NCBI GenBank assembly: GCA_905178155.1
Contig: CAJINV010000014.1
Coordinates: 1,291,858 to 1,355,857 of the forward strand
Source: Amoebophrya sp. A120
Lineage: Eukaryota; Protista; Dinoflagellata
Length of the DNA: 64,000 nt
Reading direction: 5' to 3'
The number at the start of each line of letters is the position of its first letter. Position 1 is the stretch's first letter. The notes below the pieces were generated by a model, which was not told where the DNA came from, made no database searches, and saw only the letters and a program-made list of their open reading frames with translations. Of the stretch, positions 29,062-41,900 are shown piece by piece. The translations under genes and the position numbers were made by a program.

Positions 29062-29653
29062 AGTGAGCCGAGTAGAAGCGGACAAAAGCTGCACATCCGT
29101 CGTGGGTGCTTACTCTACTTCTTCTACTGGAGCGGACCACAGCGTCGAAGACAGAAGCAAGAAGAAAGCGCGTGCGGGGCAAGGCCGCTACGCAGTTCCA
29201 GTAGAGTTATATGCTAGTTAAAAGAAAAGACACTGGTCAAGTACTTACTATCGGAATCAGCATTTGCTTGTGCAAAGTGCGACGTTCATCTTGCTCTGCA
29301 GAAGCTTCATATATCGATTTATTTGGTGAAATGCAGGATGGTTGCTTGCCGTGGTTTCCGCGTAGTTCTGGGTGCGAAAACTTGCGCTGCCTGAGAAGTC
29401 TTTTCAAAGATCATCGTGTTCCAGCGCTAGGACAACTCCCCTGCGTTCGATAAAGTTGGGGCCTTTCTGTTTGACGACCTTATATGTGGCAACAGTGGCG
29501 TGATCATCTTTGTATCTATCAGGAACAAGATCAAGATCAAGAACGACCTGTAAGAGACTTTCTCACTGCAAGTTAGGTGGCCTGATGATGACGACAGCGT
29601 TTGAAATATTGCCTACTTTCTTCCCATAGACAGAAGTACAATCATTTGAGCTG

Positions 29654-32600
29654 ATGTCCGTGGACCGTGTCCGCACCTGCCTGGAGCTTTTCCACACCTG
29701 GGAGCTTCCCCACAAGCCACATGTCGCAGACGGGAGCAAAGTCCGCGAGTGGTTCTTTGAAAATCAGAATCTTTACGTGGACATCAAGGGTTCTTGTGGA
29801 GACGCTACCACAGCCGAAATCGAGAAGTACCACCAGGAACAAACGAGCAGCAGCAGCAGTCGTGGCACTTCCTCCGCATCATCTTCTACAGCGAGAGTCA
29901 AAAAAATTTCCCTTGGACCACGGAAGATCGTCTTCAAAAATCAGCATATTGACGATCTTCAAGACGCGCTCCTCGCTCGGCTCAACCAGGCGGAAATCTT
30001 GTTCTGTCATGTGTGGCCCATCGTGGAGCACGCCCTCGGTGGTACATCAACATCCACGGCTACCCGGCGCACTGGTGGCGCACGCGGCTCCCCACCTTCC
30101 TCGGCGGAAGAGGTTTCGTCGGTAGTACGGGAAAGCATCAGAAATGATTATGCTGACGAGGAACAAGAGCCCACACGGCAAATCGTCGAGGGAATGCGGC
30201 GCTTTCGGGACGAGGCGCTTCGCAAATGCGTTGACGGCACCCACTTGCCCACTGCGGAGTTGAGAGCGGTACTTACTAGACCTAGAGTATAGATAGATTC
30301 GTGTTGTACCATGATCTGTGTTGGGAAACTACGACTGACACTGAGATGGAGCTTGGGCGAACTTTTGACGCAGCTGTTTCTCACTAGTACTTGTATTAAC
30401 GACTTTTGTGCTCTAAAACGATACGACTGAAAAACAGATCATCACCGGTATTAGCCATACTCCCGGTGTGGATACCGGGTTTTGGCAGGGTGTTTCGGAA
30501 GCCATCCCGGAAACGGAGTTCCTACCCTTGCGCGACTTTTCTGACGCCTTGCACCTCTGGCTGTTGCAGGATTATGACATTGCAGGAGAACATAACAACG
30601 AACGGGACAAGCAAGCTGATGATCGAGTAAACGACGACGCTGATGAAATTCACTCCGTAATGACTGGATCGGTGACCGTGTCGCAAGACCAAAGCGTGGA
30701 CGTGCTGCAGGTGGAGCAGTATAAGGCACAGAAGGCTTCACCGCGCGGCCCAACCATTCTTGCAAGAACAACGACGTCCCGGCACAACGAAAAAAAGAAC
30801 GCGAGGAACAACAGCAAGCGCAGCAGCACGCAGGAAGGCGACTATACTAAGAACTTCCAGCATCGAGATCCTCTTCATCTCTCAAAGTCTTCAATTTCAA
30901 GCAGTTTAAAGAATACAAGTACCAGAGGGGACGAACTCCGGGCCGCAGGGGAGGAGGAGGATTTTTCACACCTTTTTGCTTTGCCAGATGCTGTCGTCCG
31001 GCGAACGCGACGTGCCGTTCTTCCTGGAGGGTCAGGAGCGTTTGCGTATGACGATAGTACCTTGACCACTGGCACTGTCAACCAGGCCCCCCCTTATTTG
31101 TCCGAACAGATTCAGACGGTGATGGAGTCGTGGCTGCCCGATCTCGCGCACCTCGGTAAGATAAGCAGAAGGAACGGAGTAGTTCTCGGGGAGGACTACA
31201 AAAGAACAACCGACGCAGTTGTAGAAGTAGGATCGATTTTTAGCAATGCTTCTGCTGCCTCGAGAATTCATTTTCCAACTACCAGAGAGCCACGGCCACC
31301 TTCTCCGCGCTCATCAAACTACCCGCCCACGAATCTTCTGCACCATCTGGCCTCCCAATTCGAGCAGCTCCTGCAGCTGTGGGAGCAGCAAGCCCGAAAC
31401 TTCGAGCGGAGACACCAGCAGTCGGAGCAGAAAGCGACCCAGTTGAAGAAGCAGATCGACCTTTCTTTCGCGGAATTCGAGGAACTAGAACAGGAAAACC
31501 GGAAACTGCAAGAAAATGTCGGGAGGGCGGAAAAAAGAACTTCGGAATTGCAGCGGGAAAAAGTGCGGTTGGAACAAGCAAACACCGAGCTGGAGCGGAG
31601 GTTTTCGAAACTGGAGGAGGAGGAGGAAAATAGGACAAACTACGCATCAGGCAAGAATATTAGAGAAACAAGTGGCAGCTCAAGTAGTTCTGCTGCTAAC
31701 AGCTGCGCCCCTGCTAGAAGCGGTACAACTACCTCAGTCGGCGTAAGTTGCAACCTGCTGGTTCCGCACGCGAAGCTGTCTTCCTCTAGCTCCTCCAGCG
31801 AAGTCGACGATAGTACGAGCCTGTTTTCCTTCGCAAATAGAGGACAAACTCGGCAGCTCGGAATGATTCCTGACCATATTGCCGAAGCTGTGGGTCGTGC
31901 TTCATCATTGGGGACGGACAACAAGAAGAGTAATAAACATAAAGCGCCGGCAAAGAATGAAGATGTTTCGAGTCCGCCTCCGCGCATCGGAAGTCTTAAT
32001 CGACACCGTGCCGGAAGCGGAGATCAGGAGGAACCGTTTCTGGAGATTATCGAGCTCCGCGAGCAAGTGGCTGTTGCCGAGCGGGATAGGCAGGTGAAAG
32101 TTTAGGGTTTCTTCTTGTCTTCTGTGAAACAGCACCAATACAGACTTTCTTTGCACTTGCACTGCGGCAGTGGTGCCCACATGATTATGAACGTGATGTT
32201 ACAACAGCAACACTTCTTCGTTGAAATTGAAAATCTTGAAATCTCCTTTCAATTTTACAGGAAGCCGCAAACCAGCTTACCCGTGTGGAGAATTTGTTGA
32301 TCCAAAAGTCCGAGGAGCTACACACCGCAAACACCGAACTGGAAGGCCTGAAGGACCAGCATGAAAAATTCGGGAACAGTCGTACAGAAGGAAACAGGAG
32401 GACTTTGGCCGCCGTCGAGGCAAAAGCTACTGAGAACAAGCAAGAAAGCTACATCGATCAAGAGCAAGATGAAGATCTCGCCCTGCTTCGAAAACAGTTG
32501 AAGCAAAAAGACCGGCTGATCCAGGGTCTGCGAAATGTCCGCTCGGAACTGTTAGAGAACGCGGTCGAGTATAAAAATTATCAGCAGGCGTTGTTCACGA

Positions 32601-34300
32601 CCCGGGGTGGGAGTAGAAGTACCTCTACTACGAGGAATGTAAAGCGCACAAATCATGGCGATCAACATGACCACTATCATCGGGCGGAACAAGGACCCGT
32701 CGCCGTCGCCGTGTCCGACGACGATGAAGAAGAAAAATCTCCAAGGACCCGGGCACTAAAGCGACAGGTGCAATTTTTCAAAAAGCAGGCTCTGGCGATG
32801 GAAAGACACGTTTTGGAGTTGGAGCATGACGGTGATGATCATGATGGTTTTGGTTCATTTACCGCCGAAAATAGACTGCACGATCATCTCCCCGGAGGTG
32901 GACGAGAAAAAAAGCAGACCGTTCCTTCAACAGAATCTCTCGCAGAGCTGTCTTCACCCTCACCGTCTAAAAAAACGAAAGGCATGTTGCTTGGACACAA
33001 TGACGCACAAGTGCTTACACTGGACGAGAACCATGGGATGAAAGATGAGCAGAAGAACAAGAACGCCAACAGCGCAGCAAGCAGCTCCTCCTCAACCACC
33101 GCGAAGACGACCGGTACTGGTACAACAAACACGACTAGGTCTTGTACCACAAAATCTTCAAGGAAACCTCTGACGGAGACGGCAGCCATGTTCCAGCAAC
33201 TGATTGCGGAAATTCAAACGTTGGAGACGCAGAAAGCAGACTGCGAAGGGGAGATCCGGCGGCTGGAGCGAAAAGTCCGGTTTTACGAGAAAAACATGGG
33301 CCTGTACAGCAACAGCAGCAGCGCAGCGACGAGGACAAGAACTTCCGGAGATTCTTCGGGGGCGCCGGCAGCGAGGACTTCTGGTCGTTTGGAAGAAACT
33401 GTAAATGGCGCTGGAATTCTGCAACTTCACGTGCATAGCTCCGCGAGGACAACATCAACCACGACGAGAACATCCATCGTCAACGACAGTACTAAAGCGG
33501 ACCAGAGTGTGCGGCAAAAGGTGCTCCAGCAGCAGAAGAAGAGAAGAAGTGGAAGTAACACGACAGGCGGCAATTTGTTCTTTTACAATGTAGCGGAAGA
33601 TGGAGACGATCAAGAGCAGCGTCTCGCACACAACGAACAAGGAGATATGTTCTTGGCGCAGAATGCTGCTTTACCTTTACCCCCAACGTCCACGGTCGTC
33701 CCAGTTGTGTTTTCCCCTGCTCAGCGACGCCCAACTTCTACGAGGACGCGCTACGACAAGATGAATTTCAGCGGTGCGACTTCGAATCGGGAAGTAGATC
33801 GGAAGATTCAAAACGGTTCATCTGCACTGGCTTTCAGTCCGTTTTCGAAAACGAAATCGGATGGCGCTGCGAAGATTATGCTGGCCTCAAATAAGACGAG
33901 CAAGAACGTCAATTCTTTGCGAGGACGAGGAGGGGAGCAGCGGATTAAAACTCCCCCGGCCGACGAGATAAGAACAACTGCGCAGAAGAAGAAACTGTGC
34001 CCAGTTTATTCGACCGAGGAGGATGAAATAAAACACAATAAAGTAAATCCACACGAAGACTTTCTAAGCGTGGCACAGCAGGGGCGACGAGGTGGGTACT
34101 ACGTTTACGACGACGACCTTAGTGGGGAAGATGGCGCCATCGCGAGAAGAACTCAAGGAGGCACGAGAGAAGAAAATGCTTCGTCGAAGAAGAAAAAGAA
34201 AAACAAGAATGGTGACGGTAGCAATAGTGGTCTGAAAAACAAGAAGAAAAGGTCCTATGCTCCTTCTTCTTCACCAGTTGCACAGTGTCCGACGCAGTGA
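29654..34300 (+). CDS. Multi-exon coiled-coil, low-complexity protein (upstream exons likely)
   Basis: GT-AG introns 30269-30437 and 32094-32260 join ORFs 29654, 30468 and 32285 in frame (ELRA|IITG, ERDRQ|EAANQ). Heptad-rich segments. Confidence 0.75.
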
Positions 34301-35938
34301 GCAGGGCCGCGATGGTGATGCAGTCGGCTTTCACTTTCATCGCTTAATACCGCATGATCCAGATGGATCCTCATGGTGGTCATACTTGAACGCATTTCGG
34401 ATTGTACTAGGCTTTGTCTTTGGTATGTTGATCTACATTTTTCACGATATGTTTTGTTGTTTCCGTTTCAAGTAGAATTTGTTTCGATTTTGCACAAGAA
34501 AAAGCATCTTCCTGTCGCGGCGGCGCGTGCCACGTGCACGACCCTCGCTAGGAAAGACATTTGTGAACGAAGAACATTTTCGCGTTTCCAAGAAAGAGAT
34601 GGCACATGGTGAGAACATCATGATGATGATGATGTTGTTTGCGCATTCAGTTTACTACCTCTCACAAAGAAGGCATTGCAGTCCTCGTGGCGCTGTACTT
34701 GCAAAGTGCTTCGCTTTGGCCAAATGATGTGATGATGACCACGGTCGTCGGAGAAAGAGCCGAAGTTCTATGGCGGAAGGTGAAGGTCAAGGAAGATCTG
34801 CTAGAAGAGCAGCGTTGGTCAGTCTGAAGATAGTTTTCATTTGATTCATCGATCTGCTTCTGCAGAAAGGAACGGCTTCAATGATGTCCTGTCGGGCAGA
34901 GGAAGACTCACATCGCGCGCGTATTTTCAAGAATTTGGAACTTTCTGGGGTAGAATGGATTTATTCATCGAAAAGTTTCAGACCTAATGAGTGCCCGTGG
35001 TAGTTTTACTGCTGCTTGATGGCATATTAGATATGGAAAAGAAATCATGGACTGCGTTTATTTGTGTTGGTGTGCACGCGCGCATCATGGTTTAACTCTC
35101 CTTACGTCAATTGTAATGCGCTTTCACAACTAATTCTGACTCATCTAACAAACAAGAACAATTAGAATCCGGCGGCACAATTGGCGTGTTTTTTCATCAA
35201 TCGATCTGGAGCTAGTAAGTAGCTCTTCAGTACAAGACGCAAAAAACCTGTATTTTTTTTCTCCACGTCTTCACCAATTCTGTTTCTGATTAAATAAAGT
35301 AGTGATTGCAGGAGTCTCTGCCTCACAAGATGCAAATTTCGGTTGCTGGTCGTGTTGAAGACCGTTGAGTGAAAACGCACACACCAAGCAGGCGGCGTCC
35401 GCTTCCTTTACCGCGGATCAATGGAGCAGACCAGCACTGCGCTGCCCGTCAAGCCAGAGATGAAATGCCAGCTTGCTGGCCACGACCAAGAGGGGCCGCA
35501 GGAGGTACGTATACTTAAGTGCTGCAGCGCTACTGAGACTGATGAAAGATCAGTTGCTGTGCTATGAATAAAATAAGTCGAAGGAGCATAATGCGTTAAT
35601 AATTTCAAATTCGAACTACAACTCATTTCACATGCAAAAATACCCTGAAGTGAAGAAATGTTTTCGATTTTTGTCTCTTTAGGTGTCAGAAAGGATCTCG
35701 GATGATCCCAGGCGTGTCGACGAGCAGATCGCGTGCGCGGTAAGTGGAAAAATCATCAGTGCGTTCAAATTGATGTTGCGTAGCTGCAGCACGGATTGCT
35801 CGCAAGTCTATCGAAGTTTCAGTTTGTGGGGTGTGCAGTATGTGATTTTCTTGCTCAGAAGATAAAGACGAACAAACAAGTCTTCTACTTGTAATAAACT
35901 TGTGTGCGAAACAGAATCCATCGACCAGCGTGACCGCG

Positions 35939-38900
35939 ATGGCCGCGGGAGGTGGACATGGCGAAAATGAGCTGCCTGCTGCCGGCGCGGATGAAGCTGA
36001 AGCAGTTCTTCAAACGCAGGACGATCTTGACAACGAGAAAGAAAAGAGAAAGACTGTCATGCGCCGCATCACGACTCCCGATTTTTCCACGGTAATTGTG
36101 GCAGGAACATCACGTTTTGAGAAAAATGTGACACCGACCCCCGCCAGGGATGAAGCTAGCCCCCATGTTGAGCATGATCCACTCCATCTCAACATCGCGG
36201 CCAAAAGACCGTCGGTGACGGTTACGGAAGCCACGGGAACACCAGCAGTGTTGGGCGACGAGGAGGGTTTATTTGTGACCCCCGAGCATCAAATTACAGT
36301 ACCGTCACCCGGAAGAACCAGCGACGAGAAGAACGATAGAGCTTCATGCGATCATGATTTGTTTGCGAAACATAAAGATGTAGAAGTGGACCACCAGCAC
36401 CACCAAGTGCTGACCCCGAAACGACAGGATCATGGGGACGATGGCCTTGACGTCGACGGGGAAAGAACTCGGCGCATGATCAACCAATTTGACGAGAAGA
36501 TTCTTGACCATGAGGAAAAAACGAAAAGCAGCTCTTGTGGAGAGCAAGTAACGGCTTGCGCTGCTGTACTCGTTGAACAAAAAGAAGAGCCCTCGTCCGT
36601 TGCTCCTCTTCTCGATCTGGGTCTATTCGATGAGGTTCCAACTCCAGAGCTGCGGCTCCTGTCAGGAACAACACAACAGCAGGTAATTGCAACGGGGGGC
36701 GCGAGGACAAACGATCTGAATCAAAAGCCAACTACCGGAGTCGATTTCTCGGGCCTGGATTCCTTGTTCGGGCTTCCTGCAGCTCACTCTGAACATCACC
36801 TCCCCGCCGTTCCGGACAATAAGACGACGCTGGACGTCGTGGTTGAGAACAGAAGTACTTCTAAAACTGCTATCGCTTCTACCGCCAACATGAAAATAAA
36901 TTTGTCCTGCGCTAGATCGTCATCAACTTCATCTGAGACATGCGACGATGTTTTGTCTCTCCTGGAGCTGTTGGAAGAGCACACGTTGGAAAAGGTTACT
37001 TGCAAGAACGTTTCCCCCGTGCTGCAGGCGAGGAAGGAGATAGTCCTCTGGCATACGGAGAAGCTACTTGTCAACATCTACGGGGCGGTCAGAGCTCCTT
37101 CAAGCGGTGAAGAGATTCTCGTGGAAAAATGCCGGAGGATCATGCTTCTCCGAGGACCAAGAGGACGTACCAACAAGGCGGTTTCTCCGTGGCGGAAACA
37201 GCTCCAAGAGCAGGAACTACAGGCGGAAGACCGGACTAGAATGTTGGCAGTGAGTGCCTCTGTGAAGCAGGTAGTTGTAGGAGCTTCTACTACCCTAGTT
37301 CATCATCCTGGTGCAAGTAGATCTGGTGCTGAACATGATCCAGAAATGCTTGCTCCACCAAAGCTGGAATCCAAGCAGCTGGTGGACTTTCTGCTGCGCA
37401 TGAAGGATGTGTGCCACGCCGATTACTTCGACTTGCTCTACGAGATTGGTTTCCCGATCGCCTTGGAAGCATTGCAAAGCTTGGCTGTGCAACAGGAAGT
37501 CGGACAGCAAAATGGCACCGATGGTGAAAATGAAGGCGGGCCACGTGAAACTACACAAACTGCACAACTAGAAATCCTCTCCTCAGCTACTGTAAAAGCC
37601 AGCAATTCTACTTCGTCCAGCACGTCACAAGCTACACCACCTTGTTTCGCTGCGTTCGTTTTCCACCTCCTCACCCCTTTTTTGTGCAACCGGTATTCCC
37701 GGATCATCGCCGGGAAATACCTGGAGCAATACAGCGAGCTGATACACCTGCACGGGGCGGAGCCGGTGGCAAACGTTCTTTTCGGGGATGAAAATAGCCA
37801 CGACCCTTGTTGTGACGGCGGCGCGGGTGGAGAGGGTACTAGTCGTGCTGACATCTTCAAACGGTTGCAAACAATAGCACAAGTAGGACCACCAGGGCCC
37901 GATGATGCCAGTGAAGTTCACTGTTTGCTGAACACCTTGGAGAATCGGAAAGGGAGCAACAGCGAATATCTGCACACGGGGAGAAAACTCGCGCTCAGCT
38001 TCAAAATCAAGCGAAAAGAATTGCTCAGTTTGCATGGTTCTTCTAGTACTAGGGGGAAAAAGGAGATGAAGATGCTGGGTTGTGCGAAAAATAACACGAA
38101 AACCACTATACGACCCGATGAACATGAGGACCTTCTTGGTTTGGACGTTTCTTTCAAGAGAGTGAGATGGAAGGACACAGAGCCCTGTGGAGGTGGCCCT
38201 TTGGTGGAAACGATCATCAGGACTGCGGAAGACTACGAGCGGGAACGAGTGTACGGTTCTTACGTCGAGAATTACGGCAGCTTTTCTACACCCAAAAACT
38301 GCATTGGCGGTCCTCGTGGTGCAAGAACTACTAAGTTCGATGATCCCTTCCTGGCAGTCCTGGACAAACTCGCCGACGAAAAGCACACCCCCACGCCGGT
38401 GGCGAAGGGGAGAAAGCGGATTGAGCAGGATCTTCCTGATGATCCGCTCGCTTCTCTATTTGGCTTTGCGCCGAGCCCAAGCCGAAAGGAGAGGGAGGAG
38501 GAAAGGAAGAAGGAAAAGCGGCGGGAAGAAAGTCTGCTAGTGAAATCTCGTCTGCTGGATTTGGAAAGTTGCGAGGAGCAGGAGGACGCTGGGGGTGTGC
38601 TTCGAGATCATGATGGTACGAGCGCGGCAGAGGCTGTGGATGATAAAGTAATAGAGGGTAGTACTAGCTGCGTACATGATGCTAAGAAAGCCTGCCCTCT
38701 GGCTGACCTCTTTGCTATCAACGAGGACGCTAGTGTGATGGCTGCACGACCTAATACCGGTGAGCATCTCCCTGACCAGTCGAGCGCTATCGTGACAGCT
38801 AGCGGTACTACGAGCGCCGGCGCAGCAGCTCAACCTTCTGGTGCTGATACAAACAAGAAACAGAATGCCTTTCTTCTCCTCCTTCCGCTGTTCGACCCTT

Positions 38901-41900
38901 TACGGTGCGAGATCTCAGGAAAGTACCCCACTCTGCCCGCGATTCGCATGCCGGCACCTCCGCCGTTCACAAAGACGGCAACCTCGACGCTTTACTCTTC
39001 CAACAAGGTGGTGGCCTCTGAGAAGGCGAAGGCAGGAAAAACGGTTGGATTTTCGGGGGTTGAGCAAATCAAGATAGACGACAAAATCACAACACTCGTC
39101 CCACTGACGACAGCGACAGAAGGCGTAAACCGAGCTTCAGATAGTGGACCGCCACGACGAACTATCAGCGCAGCTGCAGCAGCTGTTTTGGAGCCGCTGC
39201 AACGAACGGCACCGCCAGAGGCAAATGCGGGGGCAAGAAGCAGGTCAATAATAGCTGCAGCGCCGGCACTTGCCGCTGTTCCGCAAGCCCAGTGCTCTCG
39301 GACCAGGCCTGGGTGTGAAGGTTTCGAGTTTCAGAAGTTGTTCCCCGGCAAGTTCGCGGAAATGAAAAACGTGCTCCGGGACCGAGCCCTGCTCGAGCGG
39401 CAGACCGTAGCGTTCCGCTACCTCGTTGCGGAACTGAAGTCGCATAAGCCCCTGCCCGTCCCGCCCAGGTTTCTGAACTACCTCGATGGGTGGAAGCTCG
39501 CGGCCTCGCAAAACCCGAGCGGCAGTCTGGCGGACAGAATTTTCCTGGGTACGAGAGTCCGGGAAAAACCGCTGACGCACTTGGTGCTCAGCTACCGGTT
39601 TTTTCTCGACAGAAGCGGCATGGATTTGCAGGAGAAGTTTTTCCGGGAGGATTTCGTGACCTGCAGGTCTTTGCTTGCTGCTACGCTGCATGTCCCGGAG
39701 AGCAGTGTTGAAGATTTGAAAATCTTCTATTTGAACAACGTGCTGAGCAGCGCGTTTGGCGGTTGTGGTAAGAACACCAACAGCAGTAGCGCGAAAAAGA
39801 GCAAGACGAGCAAAGGTGGGAAAAATAAAGTAGACAAGAATCGTGCCAATAAGGGGAAGGGGAGCAAGCAGACGAATCGTCGGGGCTCCAAATCGGACGA
39901 CGAACTGTTCGAAGATGATGAAGTTGAGTACGCCGTGAACATTTTTCTAGTGCAGTTTCTCATTCAGCTCCCGGACAAGTACAGGGTTCTTCCTGCGGTT
40001 AAGAAAACGACGACGGCGGTGTCGAAAGTAGCTGCCGCGGCCCCGGCCACGAGGGCAGCTATCAGTACAACGCTTACTCCATTGCCACGAGCCACCGCAC
40101 CGACTGCCGCTTCCAGTACCATATCTGCGGTAGGTGGAGTAGCTAGTACAAAGAAGCCGGCGGCGTCCACGACGACGGCTACGAGCGCTGCAGCCCGATA
40201 CGCGGACATCAAGGCCAAGTTGAGCAGCGTCCTGCCATCGAGGTCGTCGGCAGTCAGCAGTATCAATAAAGCCGCGAGCGCGGCGGGACCGGGACCGGGA
40301 GCAACTACAGCGCCGGGCGTAGCTCTTGTAGGTACTACTGCGTCGCAGCCAGCAGCTCGCGCGTCCACGTCTACCACGAGCGCGGCAGCAGCTGGAGCAA
40401 CAGGAGTAGGAGCAATGAAGCCTGGGAAAATTTTAATTTGCAGGGATGGCACAATCGTCAGAAACCTGTCCGTAGTTCAAGAACAGCAAGCCACTACTGC
40501 CGGAGCAATGTTAAAAAGCGCGGGAAGTAGTAGTAAATGCACAGGGCCGCGGGGGGCACCCGCTCCTTCAGGTGTCGTACTACCAGGAACACAGAGTCAG
40601 TTGCAAAGCAGAAATACAGAACCTCTGGAAAAAATTTCCAGTCTGATAGACGCGGACCTCTTGGATTTGCAAGACAATGGTCCCGCAGCTACAATCGGCC
40701 GCGCGGCGCAAGAGGTAAAGCACGACCACGACCCGCCGCCGGCACAGCAGCAGAAAAGCCGTTTCGTCGCCGCTTCATCGATATCCTACGTTACCGCGGA
40801 CATGCGCGAGAATCAGAGTCCGTGCAGCGATCTCGGGCCGCCCGGGATGGAGAGGTTCTCGCTTGATCCAACCATTATGATCGACGGAGTAGAAAGTAGT
40901 CCTGCAGCGAATGAAAAAAAAAGTAAGATCGAAGATGAAGTGTCGCCATTGGTTTCACACTACTGCGCGACCAAGTCGCATTCGAATACAAAAATCTCCA
41001 CTTCTAGTAGTGGTGGTGCTGAACAGACGGCAACTGCAACGATAGCTAGACCCCCACCTGCTGCGAATTCCAGTTCCACTTTGCTAGACCGCATCATGGA
41101 GAGCAACCATAGCACCGCTTCGGATTCATCTGACCAAACCGCAAGAAACCTGATGATTCCGTTCCCCCCTGGCCTTGGTGTGGCGCCCGAGGCGGTCCCA
41201 CAGCAACAGGATTTGATCAGTTTCGATGTTGTCCCGGACGACGGACGACCTGATGTTGCGTGCTCTGGGAAAGAAGTTGGTGGCACTTCTGCTGCGCCGG
41301 ATGTTGTAGGAGTGCAGCTGATCCAGAATGATGAGTGCCGTGAGCAGACGTCACAACTCGCGGGGGCCAGCATACAAGAAAGCTGCGTCGAAGAGGAAAT
41401 AAGTCCTACTCCACCACAACTCGAACTGCCCTGCCTGCTGCAGACCAGTGCTAGTGCACCAAAACTTCTTCGTCCGAAGATGCAACTCGATGGGGGAGGA
41501 CCAGGACCAGAAGTTGTCACACCAGCAGGCCGCTTTGCTCATGCTCCACATCAAGACGAATCGGAGTCGGACGGCATCCAGCTGGGCGCAAACTGCGTGA
41601 GCGGCTCCAACTATTCATCGGGAGTAGAGGAGTCTTGTTCGCCCCGCGGCAGTGCGGGCCAGCAAACCGGGTTTGTGAACAGCTCGGACGGCGAAATTTT
41701 CTCCAACGGAAGTTGTGGAGCAGGAGCAATACCAATGAACGGCACGACCGGGGGCAAATCATCTGTGGTAACGAGCACCTTTCTGCAAAAGAACATGATG
41801 TTCACGATGGGGGCCCGCGGAGAAGGCACTTCTTCTTGCGAAGATGTAGTTGACCCAATCAACATGGTTGGAACACTCAACCAGGCCGCCGTTGTCACGA

